64,000 bases of DNA. Origin: Eledone cirrhosa (lineage: Eukaryota). Below are positions 1 through 11,092 of this stretch, piece by piece. The notes beneath the pieces are model-generated. The model did not search any database, was not told where the DNA came from, and saw only the letters and a list, made by a program, of their open reading frames with translations. Both the position numbers and the translations under genes were made by a program. Position 1 is the stretch's first letter. The number at the start of each line of letters is the position of its first letter. The stretch spans positions 18,104,001-18,168,000 of the forward strand of contig OZ024749.1 of NCBI GenBank assembly GCA_964016885.1, read 5' to 3'.

Positions 1-3000
1 ATTTCAAAAATTGATTTTTTTTCAAATATTTACTTCTGATTCCAAAAATCTAAAATAATCTATTTTTCGAAAAACATAAAATAATCTATTTTTCGAAAAA
101 CCTAAAATAATCTATTTTTCGAAAAACCTAAAATAATCTATTTTTTTATACTTTTCGAAATATTTCAAAAATTGATTTTTTTGAAATATTTACTTCTGAT
201 TCCAAAAATCTAAAATAATCTATTTTTCGAAAAACCTTAATTAATCTATTTTTTTATACTTTTCGAAATATTTCAAAAATTGATTTTTTTGAAATATTTA
301 CTTCTGATTTAAAAAACCTAAAATAATCTATTTTTTTATACTTTTCGAAATATTTCAAAAATTGATTTTTTTGAAATATTTACTTCTGATTCCAAAAATC
401 TAAAATAATCTATTTTTCGAAAAACCTTAATTAATCTATTTTTTTATACTTTTCGAAATATTTCAAAAATTGATTTTTTTTGAAATATTTACTTCTGATT
501 CCAAAAATCTAAAATAATCTATTTTTCGAAAAACCTAAAATAATCTATTTTTTTGTACTTTTCGAAATATTTCAAAAATTGATTTTTTTTGAAATATTTA
601 CTTCTGATTTCAAAAACCTAAAATAATCTATTTTTCGAAAAACCTAAAATAATCTATTTTTCGAAAAACCTTAATTAATATATTTTTTTATACTTTTCGA
701 AATATTTCAAAAATTGATTTTTTTGAAATATTTACTTCTGATTTCAAAAACCTGAAATAATCTATTTTTCGAAAAACCTAAAATAATCTAATTTTTTATA
801 CTTTTCGAAATATTTCAAAAATTGATTTTTTTGAAATATTTACTTCTGATTTCAAAAACCTAAAATATTCTTATTTTTTTATACTTTTTGAAATATTTCA
901 AAAATTGATTTTTTTGAAATATTTACTTCTGATTTCAAAAACTTAAAATAATCTATTTTTCGAAAAACCTAAAATAATCTATTTTTTTATACTTTTCGAA
1001 ATATTTCAAAAATTGATTTTTTTGAAATATTTACTTCTGATTTCAAAAACCTAAAATAATCTATTTTTTTTATACTTTTCGAAATATTTCAAAAATTGAT
1101 TTTTTTTGAAATATTTACTTCTGATTTCAAAAACCTAAAATAGTCTATTTTTCGAAAAACCTAAAATAATCTATTTTTTTTATACTTTTCGAAATATTTC
1201 AAAAATTGATTTTTTTGAAATATTTACTTCTGATTTCAAAAACCTAAAATAATCTATTTTTCGAAAAACCTAAAATAATATATTTTTTTATACTTTTCAA
1301 AATATTTCAAAAATTGATTTTTTTGAAATATTTACTTCTGATTTCAAAAACCTAAAATAATCTATTTTTTTATGCTTTTCGAAATATTTCAAAAATTGAT
1401 TTTTTTTGAAATATTTACTTCTGATTTCAAAAATCTAAAATAGTCTATTTTTCGAAAAACCTAAAATAATCTATTTTTTTTATACTTTTCGAAATATTTC
1501 AAAAATTGATTTTTTTGAAATATTTACTTCTGATTTCAAAAACCTAAAATAATCTATTTATTTATACTTTTCGAAATATTTCAAAAATTGATTTTTTTTG
1601 AAATATTTACTTCTGATTCCAAAAATCTATTTTTTGAAAAACCTAAAATAATCTATTTTTTCGACATATTTCAAAAATTGATTTTTTTGAAATATTTACT
1701 TCTAATTTCAAAAACCTAAAATGTATTTTTTTTATACTTTTCGAAATATTTCAAAAATTGATTTTTTTGAAATATTTACTTCTGATTTCAAAAACCTAAA
1801 ATAATCTATTTTTCGAAAAACCTAAAATAATATATTTTTTTATACTTTTCAAAATATTTCAAAAATTGATTTTTTTGAAATATTTACTTCTGATTTTAAA
1901 AACCTAAAATAATCTATTTTTTTATACTTTTCGAAATATTTCAAAAATTGATTTTTTTTCAAATATTTACTTCTGATTCCAAAAATCTAAAATAATCTAT
2001 TTTTCGAAAAACCTAAAATAATCTATTTTTCGAAAAACCTAAAATAATCTATTTTTTTTATACTTTTCGAAATATTTCAGAAATTGATTTTTTTTGAAAT
2101 ATTTACTTCTAATTTCGAAAACGTAAAATAATCTATTTTTCGAAAAACCTAAAATAATCTATTTTTCGAAAAACCTAAAATAATATATTTTTTTATACTT
2201 TTCAAAATATTTCAAAAATTGATTTTTTTGAAATATTTACTTCTGATTTCAAAAACCTAAAATAATCTATTTTTCGAAAAACCTAAAATAATCTATTTTT
2301 CGAAAAACCTAAAATAATCTATTTTTTTATACTTTTCGAAATATTTCAAAAATTGATTTTTTTGAAATATTTACTTCTGATTCCAAAAATCTAAAATAAT
2401 CTATTTTTCGAAAAACCTTAATTAATCTATTTTTTTATACTTTTCGAAATATTTCAAAAATTGATTTTTTTTGAAATATTTACTTCTGATTTCAAAAACC
2501 TAAAATAATCTATTTTTCGAAAAACCCAAAATAATCTATTTTTTTATACTTTTCGAAATATTTCAAAAATTGATTTTTTTGAAATATTTACTTCTGATTT
2601 AAAAAACCTAAAATAATCTATTTTTTTATACTTTTCGAAATATTTCAAAAATTGATTTTTTTGAAATATTTACTTCTGATTCCAAAAATCTAAAATAATC
2701 TATTTTTCGAAAAACCTTAATTAATCTATTTTTTTATACTTTTCGAAATATTTCAAACATTGATTTTTTTTGAAATATTTACTTCTGATTCCAAAAATCT
2801 AAAATAATCTATTTTTCGAAAAACCTAAAATAATCTATTTTTTTGTACTTTTCGAAATATTTCAAAAATTGATTTTTTTTGAAATATTTACTTCTGATTT
2901 CAAAAACCTAAAATAATCTATTTTTCGAAAAACCTAAAATAATCTATTTTTCGAAAAACCTTAATTAATATATTTTTTTATACTTTTCGAAATATTTCAA

Positions 3001-6000
3001 AAATTGATTTTTTTGAAATATTTACTTCTGATTTCAAAAACCTAAAATAATCTATTTTTTTTATACTTTTCGAAATATTTCAAAAATTGATTTTTTTGAA
3101 ATATTTACTTCTGATTTCAAAAACCTGAAATAATCTATTTTTCGAAAAACCTAAAATAATCTATTTTTTTATACTTTTCGAAATATTTCAAAAATTGATT
3201 TTTTTGAAATATTTACTTCTGATTTCAAAAACCTAAAATATTCTTATTTTTTTATACTTTTTGAAATATTTCAAAAATTGATTTTTTTGAAATATTTACT
3301 TCTGATTTCAAAAACTTAAAATAATCTATTTTTCGAAAAACCTAAAATAATCTATTTTTTTATACTTTTCGAAATATTTCAAAAATTGATTTTTTTGAAA
3401 TATTTACTTCTGATTTCAAAAACCTAAAATAATCTATTTTTTTTATACTTTTCGAAATATTTCAAAAATTGATTTTTTTGAAATATTTACTTCTGATTTC
3501 AAAAACCTAAAATAATCTATTTTTCGAAAAACCTAAAATAATCTATTTTTTTATACTATTTTCGAAATATTTCAAAAATTGATTTTTTTTGAAATATTTA
3601 CTTCTGATTTCAAAAACCTCAAAATAATCTATTTTTTTATACTTTTCGAAATATTTCAAAAATTGATTTTTTTGAAATATTTACTTCTGATTTCAAAAAC
3701 CTAAAATAATCTATTTTTCGAAAAACCCAAAATAATCTATTTTTTTATACTTTTCGAAATATTTCAAAAATTGATTTTTTTTTAAATATTTACTTCTGAT
3801 TCCAAAAATCTAAAATAATCTATTTTTCGAAAAACCTAAAATAATCTATTTTTTTATACTTTTCGAAATATTTCAAAAATTGATTTTTTTGAAATATTTA
3901 CTTCTGATTTCAAAAACCTAAAATAATCTATTTTTTTATGCTTTTCGAAATATTTCAAAAATTGATTTTTTTTGAAATATTTACTTCTGATTTCAAAAAC
4001 CTAAAATAGTCTATTTTTCGAAAAACCTAAAATAATCTATTTTTTTTATACTTTTCGAAATATTTCAAAAATTGATTTTTTTGAAATATTTACTTCTGAT
4101 TTCAAAAACCTAAAATAATCTATTTATTTATACTTTTCGAAATATTTCAAAAATTGATTTTTTTTGAAATATTTACTTCTGATTCCAAAAATCTATTTTT
4201 CGAAAAACCTAAAATAATCTATTTTTTCGACATATTTCAAAAATTGATTTTTTGGAAATATTTACTTCTAATTTCAAAAACCTAAAATAATGTATTTTTT
4301 TTATACTTTTCGAAATATTTCAAAAATTGATTTTTTTGAAATATTTACTTTTGTTTAAAAATTGATTTTTTTGAAATATTTACTTCTGATTTCAAAAACC
4401 TAAAATAATCTATTTTTTTATACTTTTCGAAATATTTCAAAAATTGATTTTTTTGAAATATTTACTTCTAATTTCAAAAACCTAAAATAATCTATTTTTC
4501 GAAAAACCTAAAATAATCTATTTTTCGAAAAACCTAAAATAATATATTTTTTTATACTTTTCAAAATATTTCAAAAATTGATTTTTTTGAAATATTTACT
4601 TCTGATTTCAAAAACCTAAAATAATCTATTTTTCGAAAAACCTAAAATAATCTATTTTTTTATACTTTTCGAAATATTTCTAAAATTGATTTTTTTGAAA
4701 TATTTACTTCTGATTTCAAAAACCTAAAATAATCTATTTTTCGAAAAACCTAAAATAATATATTTTTTTATACTTTTCAAAATATTTCAAAAATTGATTT
4801 TTTTGAAATATTTACTTCTGATTTCAAAAACCTAAAATAATCTATTTATTTATACTTTTCGAAATATTTCAAAAATTGATTTTTTTTGAAATATTTACTT
4901 CTGATTCCAAAAATCTATTTTTCGAAAAACCTAAAATAATCTATTTTTTCGACATATTTCAAAAATTGATTTTTTGGAAATATTTACTTCTAATTTCAAA
5001 AACCTAAAATAATGTATTTTTTTTATACTTTTCGAAATATTTCAAAAATTGATTTTTTTGAAATATTTACTTTTGTTTAAAAATTGATTTTTTTGAAATA
5101 TTTACTTCTGATTTCAAAAACCTAAAATAATCTATTTTTTTATACTTTTCGAAATATTTCAAAAATTGATTTTTTTGAAATATTTACTTCTAATTTCAAA
5201 AACCTAAAATAATCTATTTTTCGAAAAACCTAAAATAATCTATTTTTCGAAAAACCTAAAATAATATATTTTTTTATACTTTTCAAAATATTTCAAAAAT
5301 TGATTTTTTTGAAATATTTACTTCTGATTTCAAAAACCTAAAATAATCTATTTTTCGAAAAACCTAAAATAATCTATTTTTTTATACTTTTCGAAATATT
5401 TCTAAAATTGATTTTTTTGAAATATTTACTTCTGATTTCAAAAACCTAAAATAATCTATTTTTCGAAAAACCTAAAATAATATATTTTTTTATACTTTTC
5501 AAAATATTTCAAAAATTGATTTTTTTGAAATATTTACTTCTGATTTTAAAAACCTAAAATAATCTATTTTTTTATACTTTTCGAAATATTTCAAAAATTG
5601 ATTTTTTTTGAAATATTTACTTCTGATTTCGAAAACGTAAAATAATCTATTTTTCGAAAAACCTAAAATAATCTATTTTCTTATACTTTTCGAAATATTT
5701 CAAAAATTGATTTTTTTGAAATATTTACTTCTGATTTCAAAAACCTAAAATAATCTATTTTTCGAAAAACCTAAAATAATCTATTTTTCGAAAAACCTAA
5801 AATAATATATTTTTTTATACTTTTCAAAATATTTCAAAAATTGATTTTTTTGAAATATTTACTTCTGATTTCAAAAACCTAAAATAATCTATTTTTCGAA
5901 AAACCTAAAATAATCTATTTTTCGAAAAACCTAAAATAATCTATTTTTTTATACTTTTCGAAATATTTCAAAAATTGATTTTTTTTTAAATATTTACTTC

Positions 6001-6461
6001 TGATTCCAAAAATCTAAAATAATCTATTTTTCGAAAAACCTAAAATAATCTATTTTTTTATACTTTTTGAAATATTTCAAAAATTGATTTTTTTTGAAAT
6101 ATTTACTTCTGATTCCAAAAATCTAAAATAATCTATTTTTCGAAAAACCTAAAATAATCTATTTTTTTATACTTTTCGAAATATTTCAAAAATTGATTTT
6201 TTTGAAATATTTACTTCTGATTTCGAAAACCTAAAATAATCTATTTTTCGAAAAACCTAAAATAATCTATTTTTTTATACTTTTCGAAATATTTCAAAAA
6301 TTGATTTTTTTGAAATATTTACTTCTGATTTCAAAAACCTAAAATAATCTATTTTTTTTATACTTTTCGAAATATTTCAAAAATTGATTTTTTAAAAATA
6401 TTTACTTCTGATTTCAAAAACCTAAAATAATCTATTTTTCGAAAAACCTAAAATAATCTAT
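1..6461. repeat. AT-rich tandem satellite: ~82-bp monomer with an optional ~26-bp sub-module
   Basis: Continuous repetition of cctaaaataatctatttttttatacttttcgaaatatttcaaaaattgatttttttgaaatatttacttctgatttcaaaaa, with 0-2 interspersed cctaaaataatctatttttcgaaaaa modules. Runs off the window start and ends abruptly at about 6461. Confidence 0.97.
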
Positions 6462-7422
6462 TGGCCGTCTAGGTCGTTTGGCGGCGCCGCACTGTGAGTA
6501 CGCGACAGGAGAACCAGAAGGGCTGCGAGGAGAAATATCCCGCTGTAGTGTTCGATGGGTTGTTCGATGGGTACACCAACACTGAAGACCAAAGTGGGCT
6601 GCTATCAACACACATTTAAGGGAGACATTAGGAGCGAGAGGTAGAAAGATGGATTGAGGACGGCATACTGCTTCCCTGGAAAGTGTTAATGGCGGTGGTG
6701 CAACCCACGAAGAACAAGGTGAGGCTGGTACTGGACTTTCGGGAGCTGAATGAGCACGTATCATGCCACACGGGTGGCGAGGTCATGGATGTCTGTGGAG
6801 AAACCCTGCGTGAAGTGGAGACGCATGACGGGGGCTTCCACAATCGTCGATATAAAGTCAGCATACTTACAATTACACATAGATGAGAAGCTCTGGCAGT
6901 ATCAGCTGGTCAGGTATAAGGGCCGGACATATTGCCTGACCAGGCTCGGTTTCGGGCTGAGCTCTGCACCGAAGATCATGGCGGTGGTCCTGAAGACCAT
7001 TCTGGGGAAAGGCCGACAAGATGAAGAGGGCCACTAATTCCTATATTAACGACATCCTAGTGGACGAGTCTGTAGTGTCGGCGGCGGAGGTCACGATCCA
7101 TTTACAGGGGTATGGACTGGCTGCGAAGCCGTCAGAAGCGTTGGAGGGAGGAGCCGCGCTGGGACTTAGGCTACGGCGAGACAGGACGGGCGTGTTAGTA
7201 TTCCATAGGGGAAATGAAGTTCCAGAACTGGGCCCAAGTATGAGTAGGCGGGAGCTTTTCTCGGCGTGTGGAAAGTTGGTGGGTCACTACCCGATTGCTG
7301 GGTGGCTCCGGACGGCATGCAGCTCTGTCAAGCGGGCGGGGTGACTTGGAGTGACATAGTGGGAGAGAGGACGGTGGCCATGATGCAGGAGATCGTGGAG
7401 AGGGTGAAGTCCGACGACCCAA
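6462..7422 (+). mobile_element. Frameshifted reverse-transcriptase relic of an LTR-type (Ty3/gypsy-like) retroelement
   Basis: ORFs 6683-6886, 6750-7037 and 7021-7344 join to give RT motifs KVRLVLDFRELN, IVDIKSAYLQL, YCLTRLGFGLSSAP and SYINDILV (YxDD position degenerate). Much more GC-rich than the flanks. Confidence 0.85.
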
Positions 7423-7428
7423 TGTCTC

Positions 7429-8145
7429 TGTGGAATTACTGTGTCAACTGTCTCCGAGGAACAGGAAACCCAAAGTGCCGCCCCAACACTGCGGAGATCG
7501 CAAAGAAGTCGCAAACCACCAACCTGGACAGCAGACTTTCATATGCAGTAGGACGAGGGGGAAATTGATCCTTGAGATCAGGGGGGCGTGTGGGTATGGT
7601 GTGGTGTGCGGTGGCCGAAGGCTGGGGAGTGCTCGACCGGAAGGGCCAGCAGGTCTGCCTCTCTCTAGGGTGGTCAGCGAAGTGGTGGACGTCAGTTTTG
7701 GAGCTCCCGGTTAACGAGTTGGATTTGTAGCAAGAGTTGCCTTCCTTGTTGTGGCGATCACATCACCAGTAGAGTAACGCTCTCGAGACAGGAAGTAGCT
7801 GGAGTTACTTCCCGTTGTGGTTGCCTTCTTTGTCACTTCTTCCAGGGACCATATAAAAGGGACAGCTGTCTCCAAGCTGTCTCCCTCTCATTTGCCCTTT
7901 CGGCTGCTGGCCTTCGGCCAGGCGCGTTCGCAACCCTAATAACTCTCTGGCAACCCTAATATGGTCTCTTGCGAGCTCACTTCAAAACGGTAACAAATAA
8001 CTTTACTTCATTCTTTCATCTACTCTTGACATGTCAACAATTCTGCACTACATAACTTCAAATTGTTAATTAAACTTTATACACACAACTGAGTCTCCTG
8101 TTATATTCATACAACTCAGTATTTTGTTATAAGCGGTGACCCCGA
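7429..8145 (+). mobile_element. Probable LTR followed by a primer-binding-site-like motif
   Basis: Starts TGTGG; TATAAAAG at about 7852; followed by GGTGACCCCGA (8135-8145), matching the tRNA-Trp-type PBS TGGTGACCCCGA except the first base. No clear terminal CA. Confidence 0.45.
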
Positions 8146-8789
8146 AAAAAATACCCATTTTGGTTGGAATGTGTGGACCAACATTTCGAACACGCAGCAA
8201 ACTTTATTAACAAACTAGGAAAAATACGCAGACACAGAAACGAACACACGCACATGTGAAATTCTCGTTCAGACAGACTCTTTTTCTCTCACCTAACGTG
8301 ATATATTTTTTTTTCGGACTAAGAAATCGCTCGTTAGCTACCGTCTGAAACTGCTGAGAATACATAGTATTTTCAAATGTATACATCAGCTGATTAGCCT
8401 CATTTGCATACAGAGCGATTTTATGGCCGGCTTTGCCGAAAATTAAAAAACAAGATTTGTATTTGCTCTTAACAAATACCAAATGTACTCGTGAGTGAAT
8501 AATAATAATATTATTATATAATATTATTAATATTTGGTTTGTTTACAAATACCAAAATGTACTCGTGAGTGAATAATAATAATATTATTATATAATATTA
8601 TTAATATTTGGTTTGTTTACAAGTAAACAGCCTCATAAAATGGTAGATGACAATGCCATCCTTTTGTTCCAGCGATTGTTTTCTCTCAGCTACCGAAGGA
8701 ACAAAAGGATGATCATATTGAACTATTTCTGGCCTGGTTTCTACAGCTGGATGCCCTTTCTAACGCCAGGCGCTGAGTGCTTTTTATCA

Positions 8790-9075
8790 TGGAACCAATA
8801 TGACCACTTTACAATGTAGACTGGGAACTTTTTGTCGTGTCACCAACATGACCACTCTACAAGTTGGACTAAGTACTTTTTGTTACCTCACTATCACGAC
8901 CACTTTACAGGATGGACTGGGAGTTTATTGTTATGTCACTAACATGACCAGTGTCACCAACACGACCACCTTATAGAGGAGACTTGAGGTTCTTTGTCAT
9001 GTCACCAATCTGACCACTCCACAGAGCAGACCAGGCACCTTCTGTCATGCCACTAGCACAACCACCTTGCAGGCA
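8790..9075. repeat. Degenerate ~40-bp tandem repeat related to RTE 3'-UTR repeats
   Basis: Units like catgaccactttaca..tggactggg..ttttgt..gtcaccaa, preceded by ttctacagctggatgccc. Confidence 0.7.
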
Positions 9076-9670
9076 GGGTTTTGTCATGACACCTTACCTC
9101 TCGGCATGGACATACAAATGTTGATATTTATAAGTATAAATATCAACATTTGTAGCATCCCATATTATGTATCCTCCTAATGTTCTTGTGACAAACTTCT
9201 GATATTATATTTGTGTTTGACCTGTGTTATCTACTCCGATGATTCTGGCCTTGTGTTAGGATGAAACAATCGTAAGAGATTAAATGTTTTAAACACTCTT
9301 TGATTGTCATTTACATTGTATTTTGGCTCTGTAATATACTTTTTATTTTACATTGAGCTATTTTCATACTTGCAATTGGGTAATATTTATTATTACCCAC
9401 ATTATAATTATATAGCTGCAATTATATATATATATATGTATACAGGTTCGATAATTCAATAGTATAAAGACTAAAATAGTTTTAAACTGAATATGATTTT
9501 ATAGTCTGCAATATGATAGGTAATAAGCAGTTCAAAGTTTAATCCAATGATCAAAATTTCAATCACAGTAGTGTTACAATTTCACAGAGCATATATACAC
9601 CAGTAGAAGAAAAAAGAGAATGTAATAACGTTCCTATCACCACCCACACACAGTTTATAAATTTAATAAT

Positions 9671-9784
9671 TGTTTCTACTTTTTGGCACAAGGCCAGCAA
9701 CAAACCCAGTACATTACTGGTACTTTATTTTATTGACCCCGTAAGGATGAAAGGTAAAGTTAACCTCGGCGGGATTTGAACTCA
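9671..9784 (-). mobile_element. 5'-truncated SINE (family A) with a 16-bp TSD
   Basis: Shared block cattactggtactttatttt..gaccccgtaaggatgaaagg..aacctcggcgggatttgaactc; direct repeats ttataaatttaataat at 9655-9670 and 9785-9800. Confidence 0.85.
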
Positions 9785-10149
9785 TTATAAATTTAATAAT
9801 ACTTATTAATTAAAGTTACTTTTAATATTAACAATATAGTATATTAAGAAAAACAGTATAAAACTTATGGAAGCTTAATTTAGTAATAATGTATCAATCA
9901 CTAGGATGGTTTCTATTTATCAAGACTAATTGCGTAAAAACCAGTATTTATAGAAGTGAAAAGGATTATTTATAGAGGGGGTTGGGGGGACAACGGCCCG
10001 CCAAGTATTTGGTGAATTAATAAAAATAATAAAAATCAACAAATTTTCGTATATAATACTTAAGCCGAGACTAGATCTTGTTATGTTTTGTACCAGAGGG
10101 CTGGAGAGGACATTTTACAGAGGGCTGGAGAGGACATTTTATTTCAAAC

Positions 10150-10710
10150 TAGACCACCTGTGACTCGTTGGGTCACATTCACTTAAAAATAAGTTTTAAA
10201 TAATTAAAATATACACATACATGTATATAATGTGAAATATAATGTGAAATGAAACTGGAAGGCCCATATATGTGTGTGTGTCTGTGGGTGTCTGCAACCA
10301 ATATATACACCGGTCACAGGCACACACACACATATATATATTGTGGGGCTGCTGTGAGGGAGATTGCTGGAAGTTGGGGGATGCCTGATTGGAAGTGAGC
10401 GGACAAGTGACGTCACAAGAGGGTTCAGGGGCTACTGACTGGCTCTTTTCGCTAGTAGTTTGTGGTCGAGTGAAGACGTGTGGTGTGAAGCAAAACTGCG
10501 AGAGGCTCTGATACTCTGAAGTCGGATGTACCGCACGTGGACGGTGGAACGACTCTGCCCAAAATGAATCGAAGATGCAAGATAAGTCCGAATGTTTCCG
10601 GTTACATATAATATATATTCAGACACACACACTTAGATTTACACACTATTTATCAGGATACAGTAATGCTGTATTCGTTTCTTTGAAGTTATATTTTCAT
10701 TCAACAACAC
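10150..10710 (+). mobile_element. LTR-like interspersed repeat; a second partial copy starts at ~51819
   Basis: agaccacctgtgac.cgttgggt..c.ttcac..aaa and gaaactggaaggcccatata occur at both 10151-10270 and 51819-51912, where the copy begins TGTAGACC. The 3' boundary is uncertain. Confidence 0.45.
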
Positions 10711-11092
10711 CATCAGATCTCTCTTTCTCTCTTTCATTTTCCTTTTCTGTCTCCTTCTCTCTTTGTCTCTCAATCTACTCTCTCACAACCACTATGTATT
10801 TCTCTCTATCTTTCTCTCTCTCTATTTACGAAGGTATCCAGAAAACCTAATATCTTGGGAACCCGTGCTCCAATTTATTCCATTTGTATTCCCATTTCAG
10901 GGGCAACTTCCTTTCAAAGTATTTTCCTATTATGCACCGTGTTGGCTGTATTACATTATAGACAAGCAAACAATCACAGAGTTTTAGTAGTATATAGATA
11001 ACAGGCACAACATAACTGTACATGCACAGCTATTGACATTCGCATTTCATTTCCACAACAATGCCGTGACATAATTTATTCTGATCGTATTA

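Noticed and set aside
6462-7950. Bacterial contamination, retron or group II intron RT
   Set aside because: Motifs fit LTR-retroelement RT, the frame is broken, and no bacterial genes are adjacent.
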